Positions 39,066 through 50,944 of a stretch of DNA of 64,000 nt are shown piece by piece. The first letter of the stretch is position 1. Every line of letters starts with the position of its first letter. Made by a program: the position numbers and the translations under genes. Source of the stretch: Nemertoderma westbladi (lineage: Eukaryota > Animalia > Xenacoelomorpha); NCBI GenBank assembly GCA_032718475.1, contig JAUCBJ010007155.1:1-64000 (forward strand), read 5' to 3'. Below the pieces are notes generated by a model, which worked only from the letters and a program-made list of their open reading frames with translations, made no database searches and was not told where the DNA came from.

Positions 39066-40476
39066 ACTTTAATATCTGACAATTAATTTGCTCTGCATTT
39101 TTAATTGTTCGTCGAAATGAAAGAGACTTGATATTTGGAATCAGCGTGTTTACGAAATTTTACCACAAAAACACGCAATATTTTTTTTTTACTCATATCG
39201 CATATTTGACACGTTGGTTCCCCTCACCCTTTACTGTGTATAGAGTAATAACTAACTACATCATTGTTCGTAAGTTATCACTTTATAACGTTACAGCACA
39301 ATAACAATAAGATTGTTGCAAAGGTTTAAAGGGGTAAATTATAAACAATGGGTAATCCAATTTTATTTATTTGTATATAACTTATTTCGCACTACCACAT
39401 AGCCAGAGCGTCATATTTATTTATATCGCAGTGCACATTAGTTCCCAGTATGTCCATACGCCATACATTTATTATGTACTGTATGTCCACATTGTCCGGT
39501 ATGTCACCGCGACATTATAATAACAACATCACGTTATTCGAATATACACCAATGACTTCTAGATCGTACTCATTTATTCTATGTGAATAAATAAATAAAT
39601 ATGTATGTATGTATGTATGTATAGTATATTATTATGTTGTGTATGTACGTATTCTTTGTAACCCGTATTTCCCCCAAAATAGTAACTTTTTTCCTCGGCT
39701 TTGAAAAAATATGCTTTTACTGTTCCTCGAAAATCTGGATTAAAGAGTGGACAAAAATATGTTACATTATTTTTGTATAAGGAATATTTATATTTCGAGG
39801 ATAATTTAGCTACATATTTGGTAGCTGTAAGCTGCTTATCCTAATGTTAGTAATAATAGTTTTATTTTTGGGAGTTATAAAAAAGTAAAAAAAATCGACT
39901 TCCGTAGGGACAATGTAAAATGTAGAATCCGGATCCGCGTTTTACTCTGACCCCCTTTTATGCCCTGGCTGCATCCCAAAAATCCATAATCCGGCACTGG
40001 TAGGGCATTCGCGCAACACGAGGCACTTTCACTCCAACTGCACGAAGCGTAATTGATTGTTTGGTTGAATTGGTACCCCCCCCCCCCCCCCCCCCCCCCC
40101 GCTAAGGCTCGCCTTACTTCATCGCCCTCCCCACAATGGAACAATAACTATTATTGGAACAGGAGTACTGCACATGGATCAGTGTACTCAGAAAAAATAA
40201 GTTTTTTCTCGTTCGCCCTCTGGCGGCTCTCTTATATTCTTCATTTTGCAAAGAAATTATTAATTTTTTTTAATTTTATTTATACATTTTTTGAGTAATT
40301 GCGTATGTTATCAAATTAATTAATTAAAATCAATAGAAATTTAAGAATAACATTTAGTCCCTGGTCACACAAGAGCTTTCAAATTTCAAATGTCAACATT
40401 CAACTTTCTATTAAGTATAGAACACATTGTACCGTTCACGCGATAAACACTGAGCTAACTTTCAAAATGCAATAGT

Positions 40477-41346
40477 TATGGGGCGCCGTTTGGGCCAAAA
40501 ATAAAAAAAACATATTATATTAAAAAGTTATAATGGTATGTTTTTTTATCTTGCCGTTTGGGCCAAAAGTTGTAATGGTATGTTTTTTTATCTTGCCGTT
40601 TGGGCCAAAAATAGCTGAGAGGGAAATTTGAATTATCACTTTCTATATACTGTATTTATAGCAATTGCAATTATCATCATACCTGTGAGCCTGTCTGCCT
40701 ATACATGATTGTGGATTGTATTTACACACGGCAGCACGGTACCGTATCGCTGTAGGAGTGGACTTTAGGCTTACCTCCCGCTGTATGGGCCTTGGCCTAC
40801 CGGTACTCATATACTGTCACTGGGTAATGCTGTAATGTAGCGTTAGGCTGTTAGGTACAAATGACATTCTGACATTAATGCCTCAGTATTGCAGTATTGT
40901 GGACCACAAGATGTAGGCCTATCACAAGCACAAGGTGTAATGCTACAGGGCCTAAAGTATACTGATTTGTACCTAACAGCCTAACGCATTACAGCATTAC
41001 CCAGTGACAGTATATGAGTACTGGTAGGCCAAGGCCCATACAGCCATACAGCGGGAGGTAAGCCTAAAGTCCACTCCTACAGCGATACGGTACACCGTGT
41101 GTAAATACAATCCACAATCATGTATAGGCAGACAGGCTCACAGGTATGATGATAATTGCAATTGCTAAATACAGTATATAGAAAGTGATAATTCAAATTT
41201 CCCTCTCAGCTATTTTTGGCCCAAACGGCAAGATAAAAAAACATACCATTACAACTTTTGGCCCAAACGGCAAGATAAAAAACATACCATTATAACTTTT
41301 TAATATAATATGTTTTTTTTATTTTTGGCCCAAACGGCGCCCCATA
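40477..41346. mobile_element. Foldback non-autonomous DNA transposon with about 385-bp inverted arms (IS3EU-like termini)
   Basis: Left arm 40477-40862 and right arm 40965-41346 are near-perfect reverse complements; termini TATGGGGCGCC...GGCGCCCCATA; 6-bp TSD AATAGT at 40471-40476 and 41347-41352. Confidence 0.9.
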
Positions 41347-41384
41347 AATAGTCCACAATAGTCGTCTTACTTGAAAGTTGAAAG

Positions 41385-42656
41385 CTGTCATCTCTAGCAT
41401 TGACAACCATGAATGGCAACCATGAAAGCTGGCATCTCTAGACTCTAGCATTGGCAACCATGAAAGCTGGCATCTCTAGCATTGACAACCATGAAAGCTG
41501 GCATCTCTAACATTGACAACCATGAAAGCTGGCATCTCTAGCATTGACAACCATGAAAGCTGGCAGCTCTAACATTGGCAACCATGAAAGCTGGCATCTC
41601 TAGACTCTAGCATTGACAACCATGAAAGCTGGCATCTCTAACATTGAAAACCATGAAAGCTGGCAGCTCTAACATTGGCATCCATGAAAGCTGGCATCTC
41701 TAGACTCTAGCATTGGCAACCATGAAAGCTGGCATCTCTAGCATTGGCAACCATGAAAGCTGGCATCTCTAGCATTGACAACCATGTAAGCTGGCATCTC
41801 TAGCATGGACAACCATGAAAGCTGGCAGCTCTAACATTGGCAACCATGAAAGCTGGCATATCTAGACTCTAGCATTGGCAACCATGAAAGCTGGCATCTC
41901 TAGCATTGACTTGACAACCATGAAAAATGTCATCTCTAGCATTGACAACCATGAAAGCTGGCATGTCTAGACTCTAGCATTGACAACCATGAAAGCTGGT
42001 ATCTCTAGCATTGACAACAATGAAACTGGTATCTCAGGCATTGACAACCATGAAAGCTGGCATCTCTAGCATTGGCAACAATGAACGCTAGCAGCTCTAG
42101 CATTGACAACCATGAAAGCTGGCATCTCTAGACTGTAGCATTGGCAACCATGAAAGCTGGCATCTCTAGCATTGACAACAATGAAACTGGTATCTCTGTC
42201 ATTGACAACCATGAAACCGCTATCTCGGGCATTGACAACCATGAAAGCTGGCATCTCTAGACTCTAGCATTGGCAACCATGAAAGCTGGCATCTCTAGAC
42301 TTTAGCATTGACAACCATGAAAGCTGGCATCTCTAGACTCTAGCATTGGCAACCATGAAAGCTGGCATCTCTAGACTCTAGCATTGACAACCATGAAAGC
42401 TGGCATCTCTAACATTGGCAGCCATGAAAGCTGGCATCTCTAGCATTGACAACAATGAAACTGGTATCTCTGGCATTGACAACCATGAAACTGCTATCTC
42501 TGGCATTGATTACCATGAAAGCTGGCATCTCTAGACTCTAGCATTGGCAACCATGAAAGCTGGCATCTCTAGACTCTAGCATTGGCAACCATGAAAGCTG
42601 GCATCTCTAGACTCTAGCACTGACAGCCATGAAAGCTGGCATCTCTAGCATTGACA
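41385..42656. repeat. 31/38-bp minisatellite (roughly 38 copies)
   Basis: Unit TGACAACCATGAAAGCTGGCATCTCTAGCAT with a +7 (ACTCTAG) variant; a solitary related copy lies near 43701-43731. Confidence 0.93.
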
Positions 42657-42934
42657 TTTTACTTAACGCCGTCATTGGATACGTGGAAATTTGCCTGAAC
42701 GCCAGATAGACCTACTGCATTACCTACCGGTAGGCGGGGTATAGCTATTAATAACCAGTAGGGCCTAGCTATATTATTATATTAGACGCCACCATAAATA
42801 TAATCGAACTTATTTATAACATAATTTATGTCATTTTTACATTTATTTATACAGCAACTAATATAATTTGTGCAGTTTCTATCACTTATAATATAATAAT
42901 TTCGTAATGTTAAAATTTTGGAATAAAACTACAT

Positions 42935-43070
42935 ACATACTTGTTGCAAAGTACTTTACAGTGTTCTGATCCTCGTGGCTTTATTTTCACTCACTCACTA
43001 ACGTTCGTTCGTGTACCAAAGCCACTCGGATCATCACACTGTAAAGTGCTACTTTACACACAAGTATGTA
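42935..43070. repeat. Imperfect inverted repeat / small hairpin element
   Basis: ACATACTTG...TACTTTACAGTG..TGATCC..GTGGCTT is mirrored by AAGCCAC..GGATCA..CACTGTAAAGT...CAAGTATGT. Confidence 0.6.
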
Positions 43071-44235
43071 AATAGTTATTACGACTGCATTCTTTATCTT
43101 AGCTGAATACCAACAACCAATTATTCATTATTTTAATTACTTACTCCACATATTTAATATTGATTTTTAATTTACCGGTACTCTTATTTAATTTAATTTA
43201 TTATTATCTGACTACATGTTTTATCATGGCCGAATATTATTTCTAGTGATGGAGTATTTTTTCGTATGTAATGTATTTTATTAGCCAGGATTGTCCGCTA
43301 AACAGTAGGTGTCTTGTTTGACTTAACAAGTCACACAACAAACCCACGCCTTGTGATTATCACCTTAATCAAATGGGACCCTTATTGAAACGCGGTTCAC
43401 CGCATTAAGGCTATCCCTCAATTTAACGTCTGGATTCCCAATTGGTGCAACACTAGCTATTTTTATTTAGGTAACTCCACGTTTCTGTTAGCAAATTTTA
43501 TTTTACTACTTGCTTGCAATTAATTAATTATACTCTTAGTTTTACTTGTGGTTGTTGATCAACAGATATGTTATTTTAATGTTACCTTAATATTTACACT
43601 ATCTGTGGTACCATGTGTTATCGTTCAAAGAAATCATCAGCTATTTCATTTTAACCTAGTTTCAATTTAATGCAACTGCATTTTAATCATATATTTATTC
43701 AACAACCATGGAGGCTGGCATCTCTAGCATGCAGAACTAATAACTAACCATTAAATCAGAATTAACAACTATTTACCTACTGAATATTCCGCGACCCTTT
43801 TTATGACTTTCAAATAAAAAATAGACACAATTATTGTAAATTATTATATTATTTTTATTCCTATTTTAGAGCCAATTATTTTTTTGTAAAGTTTAATGTT
43901 TATGTTTAACCCGGGACGTAGTTATTTGATAGTATCGTAGCTAGACACACACATAGGCAATCGGCTTGGTACACACACATTGAATTACCCCATGTCACCA
44001 TCAAGAAGGTGCGACTTTACTTATTCTTTGAATTGAAATATTATATTGATTCGACACTTGTTATATTGTGGTGCAGTTGCTTAATAAGGGAACGGACCCT
44101 GCTGGTACAGTGGTGCTTACTAAACTTTCCTGGCCAATCGGATCGCGGCGGGGCGTCATGCCACGCAGTGTAACTGCATGGGGTTGGGTTGGATCTAGTT
44201 AGACTTCTTGATATGTCGCCAGGGTGTGTAACCAT

Positions 44236-45248
44236 GGTAACGCGTCATTAGGTCCTTTGGTCGTTAGGTCCCGCGTCATTAGGTCCTGTGAGTGGTCGTT
44301 AGGTCCTGCGGCATTAGGTCCTGCGGCGTTAAGTCCTGCGTCATTAGGTCCTGCGACATTAGGTCTTCTATAATAGCGTCATTAGGTCCTTTGGTCGTTA
44401 GGTCCTGCGTCATTAGGTCCTCTGCGGCTTTGGCGATTGGGGGGTTTCCAGATTTTTCAGTTTTTTTAATTTTTCATTTCACATTTCATTTTGTCATTTT
44501 TCATAGTTCAGTAGTTATAAAGTTAACGTTATGAGAAATATTTTCGACTAAAACAGGTCGAGCGCAACGAGGCTTGTAATGTTCTATGGTGACGACAGTG
44601 TCATCTTCAGTTCATCGTCAGTCTACGTTATGAAATATATTTTCGGATAAAACAGGACGAGCGCAACGAGGCTTGTAATGTTCTATGGTGACGAGTACTG
44701 CGTCCCTAAACCATTCTCCTAAACCAATTGACTAGCACAGTTCCCATGAGCACTGCTCATACGACCTACAGTTTAGGCCTACCAGCCTACTGCAGTACAG
44801 CCCACCCACAGTCCAGATAGGTAGGCCTAGACTGTAGGATCTACCACCCCAGCACACTGCCTCGCAACGGCAGTAGGCCAACCTACCGTTTATACCGACC
44901 TACCCTTTCTACTCACTACTACCGGTACCGCGTACCGGTACCTACGATATTGCCATATACAGATATACCTTGTATACCAGTATACAGTGGCCTACCGGAT
45001 GCCGGACACCAGTACCTGTCCTGCTGTCAGGGTCAGCCTGTTCACTGTACAGTAGTGGAATACAGGACCTAACGACGCAGGCAGGCAGGACCTAACGACG
45101 CTCCACAGGACCTAACGTCGCACGATATGACACAACAGGACCTAATGACGCAGGACCTAATGTCGCAGGACCTAATGCCTCAGGACCTAACGACGCAGGA
45201 CCTAACGACGCAGGACCTAACGACCAAAGGACCCAACGACGCGGAACC
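44236..45248. mobile_element. Non-autonomous DNA transposon with GG..CC termini, 8-bp TSD and 15-bp subterminal repeats (Merlin- or Mutator-like)
   Basis: TSD GTAACCAT at 44228-44235 and 45249-45256; ends GGTAACGCGTC / GACGCGGAACC; tandem CGTCATTAGGTCCTG units on the left and inverted CAGGACCTAATGACG units on the right. Confidence 0.85.
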
Positions 45249-45659
45249 GTAACCATCATGGTGCATCATCAGTCAGTCTCCGTACCGGTGGTATAGCACC
45301 CTGTCTGACAGCGCTGTCTGTATGTCTAACGGAAGTAGGCCTAGCTCTATCACTAAACTACGCTACATTAATCCTGTACTCAATTAATGATTAAAGTAAA
45401 TACTGAAATAATTAAAGGACGCCTTGGCTATGGCTGTCCTCTACGGCTGGCTGTATGGTACAGATTAATCTGTTAATACAGTAGGTACCTGAACTTAGAA
45501 TAATTATACAACAGGAACAGCTAACTGCTAACTTTTCAACGTTATTTATAACTGGCAGCTTCAGTTGTTCTATTTTATTTTATCGTATATCTGCCCATCA
45601 TACAGTCATATCTGTCATACAACTGCTCAGTACCTCCACGGTAACTACGCTATGAAAGC

Positions 45660-48104
45660 ATGACGTCATACAACTTTGATATCCAATGGTCTCCCCTACC
45701 CCGTGCTAATCGTATCGCCACTTTAGCGGATGGCGGACTGAGACTGTACGAAGTCAGCAGCGGAGTCCACCCAGCAAGCAACCCACCCGGGTTCCTCGCA
45801 GAGTACAAACCCCCTCTCAACCCCTGGTGTTTTGCGTGGAACCCCCACATTAACGATATCCTCGCTTTGGGTTTCACCAACGGTCAGATCGTTTTGACGT
45901 GGTTCCCATACGAACTGGGTGCGAACAGTCAGGGACTCCGAGGTCGCGAGTGCGTGCGGAAAGCCAACCAACCGCAACGATGCACCGCCCTCGCATTCAA
46001 CCCCAATCAAGCCAACCTGCTGGCTTCCGGGTACGATAAATACAAGAGTACTAGTAATAACTGCGTGTTGGTATGGGACGTGTCGCGTTGCGATCTCCCC
46101 ATCAGCAGCCATCGACGACATCCCGAGGACGCCGCGCAATCCACCGTCTCGCCACCGCTAAGGGAGGCCGTTCAAGGCGAGTCGTGTCGGTCCCTCGTTT
46201 GGTTGCCGGACTCCCCGTCCGTTCTGGTCGCCGGTATCGGTGACCGCTGTCTGCGGACGCTGGACACGAGGTCACCCACGGTCACCACGCCCCCGGACAT
46301 CACCACCAAGTGCCTCTACCAGCTGTGTGTGGACCCATCCCGGACCAATAAACTGGCCTCGTGTAGCAGCTCTCACATTCAGGTGTGGGACCGCCGGTAC
46401 TTCGACAAACCGTGCGCCTCTATCGGGCCGCTGTCTCGCCCCATCGTCAAGCTGCAGTGGGCCGGGAATAGGGCCGGCCTACTGGCCTGTCTCACTCGGG
46501 ATACCAGTAGTCTGCAGCTGTACGACATCATGCCGGAATGCGACAGTGAGGACGCCCTCGGTGAGACCCCGTATATCTCGCGGTCTCTGGGAGGGGGGGC
46601 CGACAATAAGGATATCGTGTCTTTTGCGTGGAGTCCGCGTCGCCAGCGGATCGCGTTACTCAACCGGGACGGGAAGGATCTCACGGTCGGAGACGTGGTC
46701 GTCAACGAGCGGTTGATAGTGTCGGTTACCCCGGAACCGGGAGGGAGACTGGTGTGGGCGGCGGGGGCCGACCTGGTGGAGCCGGGGCTGGCTCCACAGG
46801 GAGAGGAACCGATAGTGGCTGACATCGGGACGGTCATCCGAGAGCGCGCCAAGGACGGCTACGGTTGCCAGGCCAACCACAAGGACACCGCGGACCTTGT
46901 GAAGGCCGACCCAGAGTTACAACGACTCTGGATGTGGCTCCATCACGCAAACCAGATCGGCAATCAATCAGCTTCCTTAAAGTATTCCTATAGGAAAGGA
47001 ATACAGCTGTTACTAGGCGACGCTGAGGAGTCAATAGTAACGGAGACTCCCCAAGGCAGGAAGATGTACCATAGTCCTTGTCGGACTTTCTGTCTGTCCC
47101 TAACTGGTTGGGGGTCGGCCGTTACTCAAGTCGTCGACGACCCGCAATACGAACGAATCGCAGCCATTTCCGTATTCAACGGCGACGTAGAAAAAGCGAT
47201 TCGCGTTCTAGAATCCGGATCCGCTACCCAGGACAACCCCACCGTCTTCCAGACAGTAGCCATAGCCCTTAGCGGCTACACCCAGCAGGCGGACTCCATG
47301 TGGTCCCGTGTTACAGGGAAACTCCTCCACAAACTCGTCCATCCTTACATCCGCGCTCTCTTCGAGTTCCTCACCTCCGTCGATATATCCGCGATCATCT
47401 CGCACTCCGGACTCGGGATCTCCGATAGAACGGCCCTCGCCCTCGTCTACCTGGACGACAAAGAGTTGGTTGAGTTCGTAGACGGGTTGGTGAAACAGAC
47501 GACGACTCAAGGTCTCCTAGACGGAGTCCTCCTCACCGGCCTCTCCAACCAACTGGTCAGTCTGCTGCAAGCCTACCTGGATCGCACCGCTGATATACAG
47601 ACCGTCGCTATTCTATCGACTCATATCGATATCGCCATCGATTTACCAACTAATTGGATTTCAGATTACACTGATTTATTGGATAGATGGTGTCTATACG
47701 ATCTTCGTATTCAATTCGATATAAATAGGAAGAACCGTAACCAAGTGAGTTTAATCAACGCAATCTGTCCGTTCTGCGCGGCTTCCTTCAAGAATGACTC
47801 ATCCGTAGCAACTCATGGCAACGGGGGAATGACGCCCCCCGGAGTCAGCCAATCACCGAGCTCCATTTGTTCGACCTGCGCCAAGTCGCTACCCCGTTGT
47901 TCCATCTGTCTCGTCACTATGGGTAGACGGTCTCCTAGCAACACGGCGGACCTGACCGCCGATTGGTTTACGTGGTGCCCGACGTGCCACCACGGGGGCC
48001 ACGCCAACCACTTGGGGCAGTGGTTTAAACGCACTCTGGAATGCCCAGTCATTGGTTGTGACTGTCAGTGTATGTCGTTAGATGACATTCCTCTGTGCGA
48101 CTAG
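45660..48104 (+). CDS. MIOS: GATOR2 complex subunit MIOS (missing oocyte / Sea4), 814 aa, intronless
   Basis: N-terminal DIQWSP and WD40-type repeats, central helical region (ERIAAISVFNGD, HPYIRALF, LQAYLDRTADIQT) and C-terminal zinc-binding region CAKSLPRCSICLVTMG...WFTWCPTCHHGGHANHLGQWF...ECPVIGCDCQC, characteristic of MIOS. Single uninterrupted GC-rich ORF. Confidence 0.93.
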   Translation: MTSYNFDIQWSPLPRANRIATLADGGLRLYEVSSGVHPASNPPGFLAEYKPPLNPWCFAWNPHINDILALGFTNGQIVLTWFPYELGANSQGLRGRECVRKANQPQRCTALAFNPNQANLLASGYDKYKSTSNNCVLVWDVSRCDLPISSHRRHPEDAAQSTVSPPLREAVQGESCRSLVWLPDSPSVLVAGIGDRCLRTLDTRSPTVTTPPDITTKCLYQLCVDPSRTNKLASCSSSHIQVWDRRYFDKPCASIGPLSRPIVKLQWAGNRAGLLACLTRDTSSLQLYDIMPECDSEDALGETPYISRSLGGGADNKDIVSFAWSPRRQRIALLNRDGKDLTVGDVVVNERLIVSVTPEPGGRLVWAAGADLVEPGLAPQGEEPIVADIGTVIRERAKDGYGCQANHKDTADLVKADPELQRLWMWLHHANQIGNQSASLKYSYRKGIQLLLGDAEESIVTETPQGRKMYHSPCRTFCLSLTGWGSAVTQVVDDPQYERIAAISVFNGDVEKAIRVLESGSATQDNPTVFQTVAIALSGYTQQADSMWSRVTGKLLHKLVHPYIRALFEFLTSVDISAIISHSGLGISDRTALALVYLDDKELVEFVDGLVKQTTTQGLLDGVLLTGLSNQLVSLLQAYLDRTADIQTVAILSTHIDIAIDLPTNWISDYTDLLDRWCLYDLRIQFDINRKNRNQVSLINAICPFCAASFKNDSSVATHGNGGMTPPGVSQSPSSICSTCAKSLPRCSICLVTMGRRSPSNTADLTADWFTWCPTCHHGGHANHLGQWFKRTLECPVIGCDCQCMSLDDIPLCD

Positions 48105-48550
48105 GCCATACATATTGATTCAGTGATCTATTGTGCTAATTTACAAACAAATCCATTAATTTCATTAGCGTAGAAATTAAATTTAAAATAGTATAAAATT
48201 TAATATAAACCAATGCCTTTTAACTTGAAATTATTGTTTTTTTTATTCTGATTTTAAGAGTTCTGCGATTCTGGTTTTTTAATTCACGGCTCCCAAGCTC
48301 ACTGTTTTGAATTGGGATTTGGCTATTTATTTAATCACTATTTCAATATTATGATGACCATTACTTCAGTTAATTTTTATTAAAGCATATCTTATATGCA
48401 TATCTTAACATATCATATCTTATAGCATATCTTAAGCATATATTAAAACATAGCATAGCAATTTATTTCCAATGGATGGTTTTTATTAAAGTGCTGAACT
48501 TGCCGCATATGGCACATAATATGAAGCAATTTACTTTCTAACAAAGTTTA

Positions 48551-49281
48551 AAATGGAATTCATGAGCGCTAACTCGTGTAGTTAAATGGAATCCATGAGC
48601 GCTAACTCGTGTAGTTAAATGGAATCCATGAGCGCTAACTCGTGTAGTTAAATGGAATCCATGAGCGCTAACTCGTGTAGTTAAATGGAATCCATGAGCG
48701 CTAACTCGTGTAGTTAAATGGAATCCATGAGCGCTAACTCGTGAAGTTAAATGGAATCCATGAGCGCTAACTCGTGTAGTTAAATGGAATCCATGAGCGC
48801 TAACTCGTGTAATTAAATGGAATCCATGAGCGCTAACTCGTGTAGTTAAATGGAATCCATGAGCGCTAACTCGTGTAGTTAAATGGAATCCATGAGCGCT
48901 AACTCGTGTAGTTAAATGGAATCCATGAGCGCTAACTCGTGTAGTTAAATGGAATCCATGAGCGCTAACTCGTGTAGTTAAATGGAATCCATGAGCGCTA
49001 ACTCGTGTAGTTAAATGGAATCCATGAGCGCTAACTCGTGTAGTTAAATGGAATCCATGAGCGCTAACTCGTGTAGTTAAATGGAATCCATGAGCGCTAA
49101 CTCGTGTAGTTAAATGGAATCCATGAGCGCTAACTCGTGTAGTTAAATGGAATCCATGAACGCTAACTCGTGTAGTTAAATGGAATCCATGAGCGCTAAC
49201 TCGTGTAGTTAAATGGAATCCATGAGCGCTAACTCGTGTAGTTCAATTGAATCCATGAGCGCTAACTCGTGTAGTTAAATG
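48551..49281. repeat. 33-bp minisatellite (about 22 near-identical copies)
   Basis: Unit AAATGGAATCCATGAGCGCTAACTCGTGTAGTT; no unique spacers. Confidence 0.96.
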
Positions 49282-49789
49282 CCTAGCTTTGCTTTGGAGC
49301 ATTGCAGGTGATTACAACGCTCAGGGTCTATATGTGCTAGCTTGTCCTTAACTAAATATATATATAGTTCTTATATGCTTCCGTTTGTTTTACACGCGTA
49401 GATCTAACGAGGTCTTCGGTTAGTAAGCTAGTAAAACTTTCCTATTGAGCGTATTTCAGGGCAAACCTAAAACTTTTTTCATAAAATCAAAGGAAACTTA
49501 ACCACCTAGTGTTTCAATATTGCGCACGTTTAGATCTTCACAATATTCTTCAATTCCATAACAACAATTATTATATTGAAATATCGCAGGCCACCCTCTA
49601 GTGACATAAGATGTAAACCTGTTAGCTAGCAGCTGCTGACACAGCTTTTAACCTCTTCCGTTTCAAATGTTTAGCAAAAGTTCACTATGTCTCTACGTCT
49701 CTACAGTAAAACCCAAATATTCGTAATCGTTGCATATCCGCACTTTCCGGCTATCATAGACGAATTCATCTTGGATGCCCAAACCAAAC

Positions 49790-49960
49790 CTACCAACCGA
49801 AGTTTATTATCTTTGGTTTTTTTTCAAATTCACATAATAGGTCATTGTCTTTGCAATAGTTCTTTAGCGCATCTAAACAATTTTGAACATCTCGTAACCT
49901 ATTTTTACAAACAAAAACTAAATCGTCTGCATACAAAAGAATTACAGCGGTTTCTACCGA
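49790..49960 (-). mobile_element. Decayed LINE reverse transcriptase fragment
   Basis: ILLYADDLVFV...VQNCLDALKNYC...L: the YADD motif and following helix of non-LTR RTs. Confidence 0.6.
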
Positions 49961-50944
49961 CTGCCAGTAGGGCCGTCGGTAGATTAGCGATTTAAGCAAT
50001 AAATAATAGGGTTGTAGGACAGTTTGGGTCAAACACATTTGGGGCAAATATTAATCAGCGACTGCTGATTGGTTGTTGACTGGCAACGAGCATATAAGTT
50101 ATGGAATGCATGGAATTGCCGGGAATGTCACGATTGGGTACGGGTACCTACAAATTCAATACAACATACAGTAGTGGGCTGTGCAGTGGCGGCCTAAACC
50201 TTAATTAAAACTGTCATGTTACCCTAACACTAAGTCATAACTCATAATCTAAGAAATTTAACGGAATTTCGTACATTATGACTTCTAACCCTAACCAAAA
50301 TAATAAACAAATATACCCATAATATACAATCCTCCATAGCCTCAATAAATTTGGCCCATGTGGTTGGCCCAACTGCCCGATCACGATTGGGTTAAATTTG
50401 GCCCAAATGTGGTTGGCCCAACTGTCCGATCACGAATAATAGAGGACTCAATGAGTCTGCTTGTAACAAACCAATTGTTTGTAGTTCTTATCCAGTTACA
50501 TAGCATGTGACTAAGTTAAATGGGAGGATGGAGCGCAGTTACCTTAAGAATTTTCCACGAACACCATGAAAATTTGCTAGCTTCAACAAAAGGTTTTTGC
50601 GAGGAACGCTTTGGTGAAGTCAACAAAAATCGCCGAAATGCATCTACTGTTGATTTTATAAGATTTGGAAAGGATTTTATTCAACATTCAACAAATCGTT
50701 TAGTGAAAAATATTGTAAATGAATGTAAAGTTTTATGTGCATAGAAACCAGGGATAGCGTAACGAAACGAAACGAAGCGAAACGAAGCATATTTGGCAAT
50801 AATGAAACAAAAAAATGTTAATCGAAACGAAATTTAAATACATGCAAATACTGAAACTAAACGAAATAATAAGTGTTTCGTTTTTTTTTAATTTTTTGTT
50901 TCCTTTCTTTAAATAAAGGGGGGTGGGTTATATTTAAAACATCA

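Noticed and set aside
41385-42656. TCTCTAG in the 31-bp array as another acceptor-derived satellite
   Set aside because: No adjacent exon matches the unit and the motif is too short to distinguish from chance.
45650-48052. Overlapping antisense and alternate-frame ORFs within MIOS
   Set aside because: Expected by-products of a GC-rich coding region; no recognisable domains.
48551-49281. CRISPR-sized 33-bp repeat
   Set aside because: No spacers; simple tandem minisatellite.
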